Of a DNA stretch of 64,000 nt, positions 39,001 through 54,000 are shown in pieces. The DNA comes from Trichoplax adhaerens (lineage: Eukaryota > Animalia > Placozoa): positions 2,428,297 to 2,492,296 of the forward strand of contig NW_002060951.1 in assembly GCF_000150275.1 (NCBI RefSeq), read 5' to 3'. Each line of letters starts with the position of its first letter. Positions within the stretch are counted from its first letter, which is position 1. A program made the position numbers and the translations under genes. The notes beneath the pieces were generated by a model, which was given only the letters and a program-made list of their open reading frames with translations, did no database searches and was not told the DNA's origin.

Positions 39001-42000
39001 TCAGCTTGCGCCATCAAATCAGTTGGAGAGAAGTTATGGATAGTTTCCACCGTGAAGTTCTGTTAATTGAAGACGAAGCTAAAAATTTTATTGATGATTC
39101 TTTTAAAACTCTTCGATCTGCCGAAGGTGCCTTCGATATGCTGCTTAACTTTAGACATATTCGTTCGCGCGATGCAATCAATTCACAAATGATGAGAAAA
39201 TTCAATGACATATTAGTCCAATTCGAGAAAGAGGTAAACATTTATGTTAACTGAAAGATGTTTGTACGAATGCTATGAAGTATATTAATAAATCATGCCC
39301 CAAAAATTTCTGTACCAATTATGTTTTGGGGCCTGCAATAGACATGATACAAAAAGATTCTAATTAATTAGTCCTTATTATATTATGTGTCAGATATACC
39401 GTGCTTTAGATATTTCACCCTAAATTATGAATCGGATTTTATACGAAATCACAACGAAATTCCTATTTCGTATAATAGTTATTCTATATACATTTGTAGC
39501 CGATGTGTAATAGTAATAGTGGTGTAATTAGGTGCCATAAAAAGTATCGTACCTTGAGGCTCTTTATTAACATCATTTAGTACTATTAAAGTGAAGTACT
39601 TTAGAGATTGTTATTTATTAAGGACATTGCATCATATAATTGATATTTTCCTTATGATTGGATATCTCCTAGGTCGAAACATCGAATTCATTATTTAAAA
39701 CGTTCGCTGAAAAACCGCCACTGCATAAGAATCAGCCCCCGGTAGCTGGAGCAATCGCTTGGGAGCGATCACTATTTCATCGTATGAAACAAACTGTTCT
39801 CAAATTGCAGACTATGGAAGCTTTGTGGAACAGTGATCAAGGAAAAGCGGTAACAAACAAATACCTATTATAATATAAATTATTTAACTCTCAACCCAAG
39901 AGTAAAATTGTTTGAAAATGATTAAATTTAATACTATGATAGGCATCAAAAAAATATTTAACAGTTGCAAGGAGTATGAAAGAGTATGAAGATAAAAAAT
40001 TTGCGGCCTGGAAGGAAATGGTAGAATCGGCTTTACCTGCTTACTTAAAAAGAAATCTATTGACAAGAATCTCTAGTGGATCATTTGTCGATGATTACGA
40101 CGAAATAAATGGTTATTTACCTCAAGTTAATGTTCCAGGCTTCAGTAAGGAAACAGATTTATCAATCGTTAATAAATGAAATCTTTTTAAAGACGTTATT
40201 GTCGAAGCATATTTAAAATCATGTAATAAATATTTTAAAAGGATGTTGAAAAGTATAAATGCAAAATATGGTCACTAATAGAATTCCTTCGTTTATGAAA
40301 ATTTTAATTACAGCACATTTTCTGTTCCATACTGTAGTAGTCTTTCACGTTAGTTATTTAATAATTTTTAGAAGTGTATTAGCCTATAAATTATAAGTAC
40401 TGGAATCTAAACTTTAGACATACACTTATTTATATCATAATTAGGAGATTTACACATACAATATAATGTCGATTTCGCCCAAGAGATGTCAGAGATAATT
40501 TCAGAAACAAGATACATGGAACAATTAAATTTTTCATTACCTGAAATTGCACGGAATGTCTCATTACAAGAGGAAAAGTATATTCGCTACGTTAATGGTT
40601 TAAAGCAAATGTTGAAGCGTTATAACAGCATCGTAGCTAATCTAAATCATGCTGAGGTAATTTAAAAATTAATACATATTGGTCATTAAGGTTATTAATT
40701 TCTTATTTAATCATATAAATTTTGATATTACCCTGCAACATTTGAATACACATTAAAATTAAAATTTAGTTTCAATGGTTTCAGAGAATTACGAATAGAA
40801 AATAATGTTAAATTTTTAACCATTTTAGTGTATATCATATACGCTTAGCAGCTATCTACCTTATACTTTTGATAGAAAGAAATTAAGTAGATGTGAAAAT
40901 ATAATGATGTAGAGAGTTATGCGTAAGCAATATCATTATTCTGTAATTTTTAAATTCAAGAATTTCTTTACTATCAATATTCTTTCTCTTTCGTCAAAAT
41001 TCTGATATAATGCACCAAACATAGGTATACATTGTCCGCATTGGCTGATTTCTAGGGCTTAAACTGTTGTCTAAACGTAATATTATACATATTTTGTACG
41101 ATGATTATAGCTATAACACTAAATTGATAGATATGTACGGTCTAAGAGTGGGTGCAGTGTTGTAATTAATAATCATAAAATGACTGGAAAAAGTAAATTC
41201 GGATGAACCTATCATATATTGAAACAACTGCGTTTCTAAAGGTTCATAATCCTCTTGTGCTTTTTTACGTAGTAAAAATTTATCGCAGAAAGACAATTCA
41301 TATGCTGCACGCATAGGTTGATAACTAAATATTATCATTATTATAGCTTCAATTATTAGAAGGTCACATTAAAGAGCTGCAACGTGTCCTGAAACCGGGT
41401 GAAAAGCGCTTGAACTGGAATTCTCTTGGTATCAATGATTTCATCACAAAGTGTGTTCAGGTTAGAGTACTATTTGTTAATAAATATCTTATTAAGAAAG
41501 AAGGCGTAATCAGTAGGTGATATAATAATTAGATGATAAAATTATGTTTATCCAAAATTACTAGATCTCAAAATTTCGAATATGATTTCCCTTTCTAGGC
41601 TATCAGTAAGTTCGAGTCATTGGTCCATCAAATTCAGAAAAATGCTCAAGACATTAGTAGTAGATTACATATGATCGAAAATGTTAAACTATTTAAATCT
41701 TACCCCGTACAACCAGATAATTCACTTCCTGAAGCCAAGGTAATAATATTTTATTATTTCTGTTCATTTTATAATTGTTAAGGCGTTTAAATTGATTCTT
41801 GAATTGCTAAATATGGTGCCCTTATTCTGACTTTTTAGGAATATTTTGATTTCTTGGAGAAATCTAGAACACGAGAGATTGAACACTTAGTAGCAAAATA
41901 TCAAGATATTGGTCCATTACTGATCAAGATCGAAGGGAATGTAGTAAATACTAACACTGGTAAATCACCAAGACTACAATCTTATTACTTTTATTGGGAA

Positions 42001-45000
42001 AATAAAGTTTATGATGCATTAACAAAGGTAAATTCCTATAGAACTAGAATTCGAGTGATTTTTTTCCCTAAGTGTAACAAATACGTGCATAATGTTAACG
42101 TAGATTTGTATCATTCACACAAATAAACGCATCTTTAACAGTGCAAACGTTACGATAAGCGATCCGCATCATGATCGTGTAGTGTACAGCGTCGCATATA
42201 TTCCATAATATATAATTAAAAGTGTAAAATTATTTTAAATGATTATGAAGTCGATTTTGCCAATAAGAAATGTAATCCCTGCTATTAATCCATTCATTAG
42301 ATGGTTATCAATAATCTAAGGGCTTTTAATGCATGCTTATCCGGTAAAACTCCATTGTTTCAAATTGACGCTATATTGTCCGCTCCTGAAATCGTTCTAT
42401 CCCCTCCCGCTAACGACATTCATAAATTAATGGTTCAAGCCGTGCGTGATGTCGTCGAAAGGTATCCTGTACACTAGGATCGGTTTAAACTGGTCATAAA
42501 CAAATAAACTATAAAATAAGCTAACTATCAAAAAAATTTTTGTAAAGTATACTTATGCATTTGTGAACGTAAACCTATGCCTTTTATCAAACTACTGTAA
42601 TTTAAAGCAAATTTATTTACTTTAGCACAAAACAGTTCGTACGATGGATGGATGGCACTGCTCTTGAAACACCACCTCGACGTGTTGAAGGAGAGGACGA
42701 ACCAATCATCTTCAGTTTTTTCTCGGATATAACTCAAAATCCTTTGGTGTCAGACCTGTATCTAAATATTTCACAAAATATCCAAAAAACGTTACTTAAT
42801 GCTATGAAATTACTTAATCGATGGAAGCGCTACCGGCCGTTGTGGCAAGCTGATAAGGTAATTTCCTTAATTTAGATTATTAAAATTATTAGCATATTAT
42901 TGAAATATGAAGATGTACCGTAGTCTATGTATTCGATGTACGTGATTTGGTAAGCTTTTTTACGTTATGGTAATCAATACAGAGAAACATCTTAGAAAAA
43001 TTTGCATCAAGGAAGCCATCTTGCGTGTCATATGACGAAAAGTTACAATTTTACAGTAACTTGGCTTTGGAAATTAGCAATCAAGCATTAATTAAAGATA
43101 ATGAATTTGTGCGAACCCAGTTACACCAGTTAGCAGGAACTGTTAAAGCGCACGCATTATCCTGGGTTGAAGCCGTTGGTAAATTATTAAACGAATCTGC
43201 CCGCGAAAGTATTACCATATTAAAGCATAAATTAGAGGTTCGAATGACTGTTCGTTTATTTCAATTTAATAAAGAATTACATGAATCGATATAAATTATA
43301 TAATATAATCAAATGAATCTACATGATAACTAATGTCTCTAATCTATTTTATTTAGCGCTTACATCGGGAATTACAGCAACCTCCTGATACCCTCGACGC
43401 ATTGAAATTTGTTCTTGGCACAATAACCGATATTCGTGATATGTCGTTAGATGTTGAAATGCAATATGTCGATATACAAGAACGTTATAGAACTCTATCC
43501 ATGTATAGCCTACCGGTAAGGAAGAATTCAACTGCGATAAAAGTCTCTTAAATGAAATTGTTCTGTTTAGTAATGGCCAATGAATCTCTAAATTTAATTG
43601 CATTTAAATTGTCATTCTTTTAATTTCGTAATCGGTTGAGACATATATTACTACTTTTAATTTGTGTTTTTGCGTCCCCATGATATTATAATTAGGTACC
43701 TGATGAAGAATTAGAGACAGTTAAAAATGTTGGCAAAATGTGGGATGACCTTGTTTATGAGTCTGCTCGAATCGATCATAGCCTCGTGGCAGTTAAAAAG
43801 AAATTCACAGAGGTATTTCTGACAATAGCTCTTCGTTAGCATTTATCAGTCTTGTAACAATCATGTTACGACAACAATTTGAATTTTCATTTTTAAAGTA
43901 CTTTATCTCTATAGCTATCCATTAACAGATATTGACTATAATACTTGGTAGACTCAAATTCTTATAACCCACAATCAATAGATTACAAAGGATGATGTGA
44001 AAGATTTTAGTGGCAAAATTCTCGATATTCAGCAAAGATTTAAATTAGAAGGTCCAAGCAGCGTAGGAACTGACCTCGACAAAGGTTACAATTACAAAAT
44101 TTTGATATTTTTATTGTACCCCTTTTATATTAATAAACTAATTAGAAGTTACTATATTCTGATTATGCCATCGATTAAATCTTGATATTTATTCTTACAC
44201 AAATACTTCTACTTTACTACACTTAGGCTTAGAAGTACTGCAAAATTTTAAACGCGAATTGGATGTCATCGAAAAATATAGACAAGAACTATCTAATGCA
44301 GAAAGGCTTTTCAACCTACAAATAACTACTTATCCGGAATTAATGGCCCTAGAAAAGGAACTAAAAGGCTTAGAACAAATCTATACGCTATATGAAAATC
44401 AAAAGGTATGCTAAAAAAGTAGAAAGCTTCCAGATTTTTTATCGAGTATCTAAGCTCAAAATATTCAGTCACTTACACATGCAATGTGTGCACTTTAGCT
44501 CTAAGGTTAAATCAAAAGTGAATATTACCAGATTTTTATAATACCTTATCAATAATTGTCACGTCTTGTCCTTGTAATTCTTCTTAGTTGCAATATCTTC
44601 ATAATATATACTTATCCGTTATTAGATAATATACTCGAAAGAAATTATTACGTGAACGTCTGTGATATAATTCGGTTTTAAATCTTTTAAACATCAAAGC
44701 ACTTCATTAATTTTTTGTACTTGTTATTTGGTACGTTAAGGTGGCAATGGAGGAATGGTCAGAAATGTTATGGAGCGAACTTAATGTAAATGTTTTATCC
44801 GATGGGATCGAAAATTTTATCCGTCAACAGCGCAGATTACCGAAAGATGTTAAAACCTTACCTGTATATCGAATACTGGAAGAAAAGATGAAGGAATTTA
44901 AAGATTCCATTCCTCTCTTTCAAGATTTAAAAAATGAAGCACTGCGGTCTAGGTATTTTGTCTTGATAATTTAAAAACAATAAAATTTCTAAATAGAATT

Positions 45001-48000
45001 TCAGTTATTACGATAATTAGCTAGAACTAGAAACAAATATGATATTAACTAAAATGAGGATATTTTCAAGAAGTTAAAATTTTACAAATGGCTCAAATAC
45101 CTATAATTGATTTATTAATAGACACTGGAAAAAACTAATGGAACTAACTGGAAAGAACTTTGATATGAATCCTGAAACATTTACGTTAAAAAATCTCTTC
45201 GCGATGGAATTGCATAATTATTCTGACGTTATTGCTGATATAACCTCGAGTGCAATGAAGGAGCTTAGTATAGAGAAAAGTGTTAATGATGTCATCGATA
45301 CGTGGAGTAATACTAAATTTAGTGTACAGAAATTCATGAAAGGATCACAGGATAGGGGTTATATAATAGGTACGATGAAATATACCAATATTATATGCAA
45401 CGTAGACGTTTGTTTGAATATAATTGAGCGTTATCCTCATAATAGGACATACAATAGTAATGCCATTGAGAAAATATCGAATCACCTTACAGATTTAGTC
45501 TACAGAACTACATAACCAATCATACTACGCGATAAATTTTAGTTTCTTATTTGCGATAGTTTCCATTGTTACGTTATTAAAGCATAGAATTAAAAATTTT
45601 TACCAATTGAGAGAGTAGAAGCAATATACCCATAATAATATTTTTATATCGTAGCACATAAATATAGCTTCAATTAAGTAGATAGAAAGCAATGAAAGCA
45701 TCATATTAGTCAGTTCATTTTATTGTAAAGCTGTGAATTAATATAAATGGCTTTTGTGATTGCATGTTATAACACTTTTTATTACTAAAATTTAGTCTAG
45801 CAACGACTTAGAAAAACTATTGATGACTCTAAATATGTCGAGAAATGTGATCCTATCCGCGCACATTCGTTTTAAATTCTGTCTATCAATTTCATTCTGT
45901 TATCCAGTATCTTGCTATAAATATATACGCTGTGCATTTACAGGCTCGGTCGATGAAATCTTGCAAATGCTGGACGATAATGCTATGACTTTGCAAAGCA
46001 TGTCCGCTTCTAGATTTATTGGCCCTTTTAGAGATTCGGTACAAGAATGGGAGAAAAAGCTATCCCATATCTCTGAAGTTGTTGATGTAAGTAGTGCAGT
46101 AAAATAAAGTAAATATAGGTAATAAATTCAAACTTGTTAAAGATCAAAGCTCTATCATGTTTAGTTCATTAATTAATGTTATCGATTACAATTATCTAAG
46201 TTGCCAATACTTTATCAACTAAAAAAAATTTAAATAAATAGGCAACTGCTATCGTAGCCGTTAATTGCAATTAATTTGTTATGTTTTGTGCAAAATTAGG
46301 TATGGATGTTAGTTCAACGAAAATGGATATATTTAGAGAGTATTTTTATCGGCGGTGATATCCGTATGCAATTACCTGAAGAAGCTAAGCGCTTTGATTT
46401 AATTGATAAATCTTTTAAAAAGGTAATATTTATACATTTTCATTACCTATGATTATTTTAAGCTTTACGATAAGAGGATCAAATCTCGAATATCTACGTG
46501 TACTAACACTAGTTCTTTTTATCGCTAAATGCAGAAGAAGTATCATCTTTATATCTATTTGATATTTATATCCTATATAGATTATGTCTGAGACGGCAAA
46601 ACGCAGTAATGTCTTGGAAGCTTGTCATATTGAAAATAGATTACAAGAATTAGAGAAATATAGTAACGAATTAGAAAAGTGTCAAAAGAGTCTCAATGAT
46701 TATTTAGACTCGAAGAGGAACGCTTTCCCACGATTTTTCTTTTTATCTGATGACGAACTACTATCTATTCTTGGTAGTCATGAACCTTCATGCGTACAAG
46801 AGCATATGATTAAGGTATAGTACGTTATAAAGGGACTAAATTAATTTGATAAATTTATGAAGAAATGAATTTAAATTGATTGTAATCAGATCACCTACAA
46901 TCTCATAGCGTTTGTTTTATTTTATTTGCTGTACAGATGTTTGATAATATTGCAAGCTTGGTCTTTCAAGCTGGACAAGGCAAAGAACAATTTGTTACCG
47001 CCATGGTATCGAGTGAAAGCGAAAAGATGGATTTTAAAGAATACGTTGTGACGGAAGGTAGAGTTGAGGATTGGATGACAAAAGTGCAGGGTGAAATGAA
47101 AAGAACCAATAAATTTATTACTAAAAAAGCTATATTTACATACTGTGAATCATCCACCAGGTTAGAACTATTTATATATATACTGCGATAATTTTGTTTT
47201 ATTTACTACAATTTATTCGCTAACTACTATGCTTTAATTTGAAATCCTATTGACTATGACAATTATTGTACTTAAAAGAATTGACTGGATGCATAATTAC
47301 CAAGGAATGGTCGTTTTAGCTGGAAATCAAATCTGGTGGACATGGGAAGTAGAGGATGTTTTCCGGAAAATCAAGAAAGGCGATAAAATGGCGATGAAAA
47401 ATTATAGTGCTAAACAACACTTACAGATAAATGATCTTGTTGTTAAGGTAGCTAAAAATTAAAATACGCTTACTTCTCCGTTAGCTACATTTCATCTCAA
47501 AATACCAGATACAAGTGATTTAAAAATTACTACAATTATATCACCATTCATCGATATCTGAATATGCCAAGTAATATCCGATACTCAGTTATGCATTACT
47601 ACCCATCATTTCCCGTATATATATATAAATTTAACACGTTTAATAAGAGTAGTCAGAAGTATTGAGGTGCAAGGAAATGTTTACCAAAAGTTAAGATTCT
47701 TTCGTAGATACATCCGAATGCCTAAGGCTATTATGTGATTGCCTTTCAATTTAGGTTCGGGGACAGCTTACAAAAAATGAAAGGAAGAAATTGAACACTG
47801 TTTTAATCATTGACGTTCACGCCAGAGATATTGTAGATGCTTTTGTAAGAGATAGTATTATGGAAGCGAGAGAGTTTGAATGGGAAAGCCAACTAAGATT
47901 CTATTGGGAGAAAGAATCTGATGATATGTGCATTAGGCAATGTACCGGTGAATTTTCGTACGGTTATGAATATATGGGACTAAATGGCCGATTAGTTATT

Positions 48001-51000
48001 ACTCCATTGACCGATAGAATATACTTAACACTAACACAAGCTCTTGCCATGTATCTTGGAGGTGCTCCTGCCGGTCCTGCTGGTACAGGCAAGACGGAAA
48101 CTACTAAAGATTTGGCTAAAGCACTAGGTCTTCTATGCGTTGTTACCAACTGTGGCGAAGGAATGGACTTTAAGGCTGTTGGAAAGATATTCTCCGGTCT
48201 TGCACAATGTGGTGCTTGGGGGTGCTTCGATGAATTTAATCGTATTGATATATCAGTATTATCAGTAATTTCCTCTCAAATTAAAACAATTCAAAACGCG
48301 TTAGCAATGAACCTAAAAAAGTTTCAGTTTGAAGGGAATGAAATTACTTTGGATAAAAAAATGGGAATATTTATTACCATGAATCCAGGCTACGCCGGTA
48401 GAACGGAATTACCAGAAAGTGTTAAAGCCCTTTTTAGACCTGTTGTCGTTATTGTGCCTGATATGGAAATGATATGCGAAATTATGTTATTTTCAGAAGG
48501 CTTTATCCAAGCGAAGGTAATATCACAAAGCATAGCATTTTAGCATAGTGATTAGCTCGAGTAATTATGTAATCATAGTTTTATAATTTTTATTGAAAAA
48601 AGAGTAGCCGCAAGTATTAATATGTAACAATGATTGATTATCATCCTATATTTCAGTTATGAAAGTCGCTCACTTTAATGCTGCTATTTTGACTTAAATT
48701 TATAAACAGAATTTAGCAAAGAAAATGACTGTCTTATATAAACTAGCGTCTGAACAGCTATCTAAGCAATATCATTACGATTTTGGATTGCGTGCGCTTA
48801 AAGCCGTATTAGTTATGGCAGGCGAACTGAAGCGTGGTTCCCCTGATTTAGCAGAAGACGTTGTCCTTATGCGAGCGCTTAGGGATATGAACTTACCAAA
48901 ATTTGTCTTTGAGGATTCGCCCTTGTTTCTGGGATTGATTTCCGATTTATTTCCTGGATTAGATTGTCCTCGTGTACGCTATCCCAACTTTAATGATGCC
49001 GTGGAGAACATCCTGAAAGAACATGACTACATTTTACTTCCTCAACAGGTCACGATTATTAAGTATTACATCAGCTGTTTTTATGTAAATTTTAAAATTT
49101 TAGAACCAAATTACAAATTTTATTACTAACAACACTATCTTTACGACAATTTTTTATCAGGTGGATAAAGTAGTTCAAATGTACGAGACCATGCTAACAC
49201 GTCATACTACCATGGTAATAGGTCCAACTGGTGGTGGTAAATCTGTTGTAATTAATACTTTATCTCAAGCGCAAACAAAGTACGTTACTAGTTGAAATAG
49301 CTATATTTTTTACAAAATTGCAATCGAACATTACTATCAAGCTACAGTATTACTGATTTAAGTAACTTCAAAAATATATTCTTTATAAATTCTATCTGCT
49401 TTGGCTTCGTTATTTGATGCTTTAGTCTTAAATATAAGTTGTGAAATTGGAAATAATTTAGTATTTTAATACTAGCAAAAATGCAAACTGAGTGTGTTTT
49501 AATATAATTTGACAGACTTGGGTTACCTACTCGCATGCATATTATGAATCCAAAAGCTGTGACAGTTAATGAGTTATATGGTATATTAGATCCTTACACT
49601 CGGGATTGGACTGATGGCCTGCTATCCAGCATCTTTCGTGAAATTAATCGTCCTACCGATAAAAATGAACGCAAATACATTGTCTTCGACGGGGATGTAG
49701 ACGCTTTATGGGTAGAAAACATGAATTCTGTGATGGACGATAATCGCTTACTAACATTGGCAAATGGTGAACGTATTCGTTTACAAAAGCATTGCGCTCT
49801 ACTGTTTGAGGTGGGTATCTAGTACTTCTCAGTATTTGTGAGGTTTTATTTTTACTCTGTTTATTAACTTACCTAATTCTTTTCTGATTGCCTAAAATCA
49901 ATATGGCTAATATAAATTAACAGGTTTCCAATCTACAATACGCATCTCCAGCTACTGTTTCCCGTTGCGGAATGGTCTATGTCGATCCGAAGAATTTAGG
50001 TTACGAACCCTACTGGCAAAAATGGTGTGGCGGGCGAACCAAAATTGAGAAAGAACATCTACGCCAATTATTTGCCAAGTATGTTCCTAGTTGTATCGAG
50101 TTGATTACCGATGGAGATGCAGACGGCCGCCAGCAAAAGCGACTAAAAACTATCATACCTTTAACAACGTTGAATTTTGTGCACCAGTTAACAGTTTTAT
50201 TGGATGCATTGCTACCATTGCCTGAAACGAATACCATTTTAGATTCACGAGTTCTCGAAAGCCTTTTTATCAATAGCTTAGTATGGTCGTTAGGGGCTGG
50301 CCTAGAAGAGGACAGTCGTGAAAAATTTGATCAATATGTCAAGTACATATCAGGTTTACAAACTATTGAGGAAGAAGGTGTAGTAGTTGGCCCGGGTGAA
50401 TTACCTGGTGCTATGCCAACATTGTATGATTATTATTTTGATGCGAATAAGAAAAAATGGATATCTTGGAACAGCATTGTACCTCAATATGAACATAAAC
50501 CAGAAGTTCGGTTTAATGATATTCTAGTACCAACTATGGATACAATACGTAATACTTGGTTGCTAGAACAGATGCGAAAAGTAAAGCAACCGGTATTATT
50601 TGTAGGCGAAACCGGTACATCAAAATCAGCTACAATACATCATTTTCTGCGCCAACTTGATCAAGACAGCATATTTGTATTAAATATTAACTTTTCTTCG
50701 AGAACGACATCTTTGGATGTTCAACGTAATTTGGAAGCAAATATAGAAAAGCGAGCTAAAGATACATATGGTCCTCCATCAGGCAAAAAGTTATTACTCT
50801 TTATGGACGATATGAATATGCCTCAAATTGATACTTATGGTACCCAACAGCCAATTGCTCTATTAAAATTATTATTAGAACGAGGCGGTATGTATGATCG
50901 TGGCAAAGATTTAAATTGGAAGTATATTAAAGATATTAGCTACATTGCTGCTATGGGTAAGCCTGGTGGCGGCCGACATGAAGTTGATCCGCGCTTTATC

Positions 51001-54000
51001 TCTTTATTTAGTATATTTAATATAACGTTTCCAAGTGATGAATCACTAGATAAAATATTTTCGTCAATATTGCGCGGCCACCTCGAGGGATTTTCATCAA
51101 CAATACAAGATCTCGTCCCTGATATTGCTGCAGCGACTTTGACCATTTATAAGCAAGTTGTCAAGACGTTGCTACCAACGCCATCCAAATTTCATTACAT
51201 CTTTAATTTGCGTGATCTGTCGCGTGTCTATCAAGGTTTATGTATGACGGTACCCGAAAAATTTGACAATCCTAAGCAATTTATACGTGTATGGAGGAAT
51301 GAATGTTTACGTGTATTCCATGATCGATTGATATCGGAAGACGATAAAACTACTGTGCAGAATTTTATAGGCGAAATCATTAACGATAAAATGTCACAAT
51401 ATAATGAATATGTTATGAAAAATCCAATATTATTTGGTGATTTGCGTACAACGTTTAGTTCAACGGAAGCACGATTATACGAAGATCTCGAAAGTTATCA
51501 AATTGTTCAAAGTATTGGCAATGAAATATTAGAAGAATATAACTTCAAGAACACTACCATGAGATTGGTGCTATTTGAAGATGCTATCGAACATTTAGTA
51601 CGCATCCATCGCATTTTACGCATGGATCAAGGGCATGCATTATTAGTCGGTGTTGGCGGTAGCGGCAAGCAATCACTAACACGTCTTGCAGCATATACCG
51701 CAAATTACCGTGTTTTTGAGATAACTTTATTTCGCGGTTATGCTGAGTATGACTTCCGTGAAGATTTAAAATCATTGTATCATCTCTTAGGTATTGAAAA
51801 CAGAAAGGTTGTTTTCCTATTTTCGGATGCTCATGTTGTTCAAGAGGGATTTCTCGAACTAATCAATAACATGTTAACTTCGGGTATGGTACCGGCACTT
51901 TTTGCTGAAGATGAGCGAGAGACTATTATTGGCCAAATGCGTGATGAAGCGTTTTCTGCAGGTTATCCTCCTGCTAAAGAAAGTGTTTGGCAATACTTTA
52001 TTAATAAATGTGCCAATAACTTACATATTATATTATCTATGTCGCCTGTTGGTGATACATTAAGAAACCGTTGTCGTCATTTCCTAGGGTTGGTAAATAA
52101 TGCTAGTATTGACTGGTACATGGCATGGCCTCGACAAGCTTTATTTGCCGTTGCTTCCGTCTTTTTAGGCGAAGGCCATAACAAGAGCGTACCGGATGAA
52201 CATCGTCAACAAATAATTGAACATGTAGTATATGTTCACAAATCAGTGCAAGAGTACAGTCGTGAATTTTTGCAAAAGTTGAGACGTATAAATTATGTAA
52301 CGCCTAAAAACTACTTAGACTTTATAAACACATATACAAGGTTGTTAGAAGAGAAAGATCAATCCTTACACGAACAGTGCCAACGATTAGAAGGTGGTCT
52401 CACGAAGTTAATCGAAGCTAGTGAAGCACTAAAAGAATTAAATCAAAAATTGGAAATACAAAAAGTAGCTGTAACGCAGAAAACTATCGCATGTGAAAGA
52501 TTGCTAGAAGAAATCAGTACCCGTACACAGGAGGTAACTGAAAAGAAAGAATTAGCCATTGCTAAAAGTATCGATATTGAAGAGCAACATAAGATCATAC
52601 AAGTAGAAAAGGCAGCGGCTGAAACAGCTTTAAATGAAGCGTTACCAGCATTAGAAGAAGCTCGACTAGCATTACAAGATATTGATCGTTCTGATGTCAC
52701 TGAATTTCGTTCATTTGCTTCTCCGCCTAAAGCTGTTCGAACTGTCTCCGAATGTATCGTTGTTTTACACGGTATAAAAGAGGTATCATGGAAGACGGCT
52801 AAATCAATCATGTCGGATGTTAACTTTCTGCGATCGCTTCAAAATATTAACGCTGATAAACTATCCTCAACACAAGTTAAGACCGTTAAAACTTTTTTGA
52901 AAGAATTAGATATAACACCTGAACGCATGAGTGATATTAGTCGCGCTGGTTCTGGTTTATTACGGTTTGTCTTGGCAGTTATAGGTTATTGCGACGTTGC
53001 AAGGGAAATTAAACCAAAACGCGAAAAGGTAGCTCGGCTTGAGAAAAACTGTAACACTAGTAAGCGTGAACTAGATCGCATTCAGCGAGAAGTTGCTTCA
53101 CTAGAAGCTGAATTAAAAGAATTGACCGATCGTCATCAACAAACAACGATCGATCGTGGACGTTTACAGGAAGAGACCGAAATTATGGAACGCCGCTTAA
53201 TTGCTGCTGATAAACTAATAACAGGTCTAGGATCGGAGAAAGTGCGCTGGAAAGTTGATCTTGATCAATTAAAAGAAAAACGTGTTCGTTTATTAGGTGA
53301 TTGTTTATTGTCATCTGCGTTTTTATGCTATATGGGAGCCTTTAGTTGGGATTTCAGAAAAGAAATGATCAACAATAACTGGGAACAAGATTTATTAAAA
53401 CGAGAAATACCATTAAGTCAACCGTATAAATGTGAAGATTTATTGACTGACGATGTCGAAATTAGTCGTTGGACATCAGAGTCTTTACCACCTGATGAAT
53501 TATCTATTCAAAATGGCATCTTGACAACGCGTTGCAGCCGTTTTCCATTATGTATTGACCCTCAACAACAAGCATTTAATTGGATTCTAAAGAAAGAGAG
53601 TCAATCTAATTTGAAGATCACAACCTTTAATGACAGCGACTTTTTAAAACAATTAGAATTAGCTATTAAGTACGGCTTCCCAATATTGTTTAAAGATATC
53701 GATGAATATATTGACCCTGTAATTGAAAATGTTTTAACTAAAAACATCCAAGGTGAAAGCGGTCGCCAATATATCTTATTGGGGGATAAAGAAATTGATT
53801 ATGATCCTCATTTTAGGCTTTATCTTAATACCAAGTTGGCTAATCCAAAATATACGCCAGGAGTATTTGGTAAAGCTATGATCATTAATTACACCGTTAC
53901 TTTGGAAGGTTTAGAAGATCAGTTATTAAGTGTTATTGTTAAGTTTGAGCGTCGTGAGTTAGAAGAACAACGAGAGCGTTTAATACAACAAACAAGTGAT

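Noticed and set aside
42462-42624. DNAH10 intron starting GTATCCTG as a U12 intron
   Set aside because: Mismatch to GTATCCTT, no TCCTTAAC-type branch site, and an ordinary T-rich acceptor.
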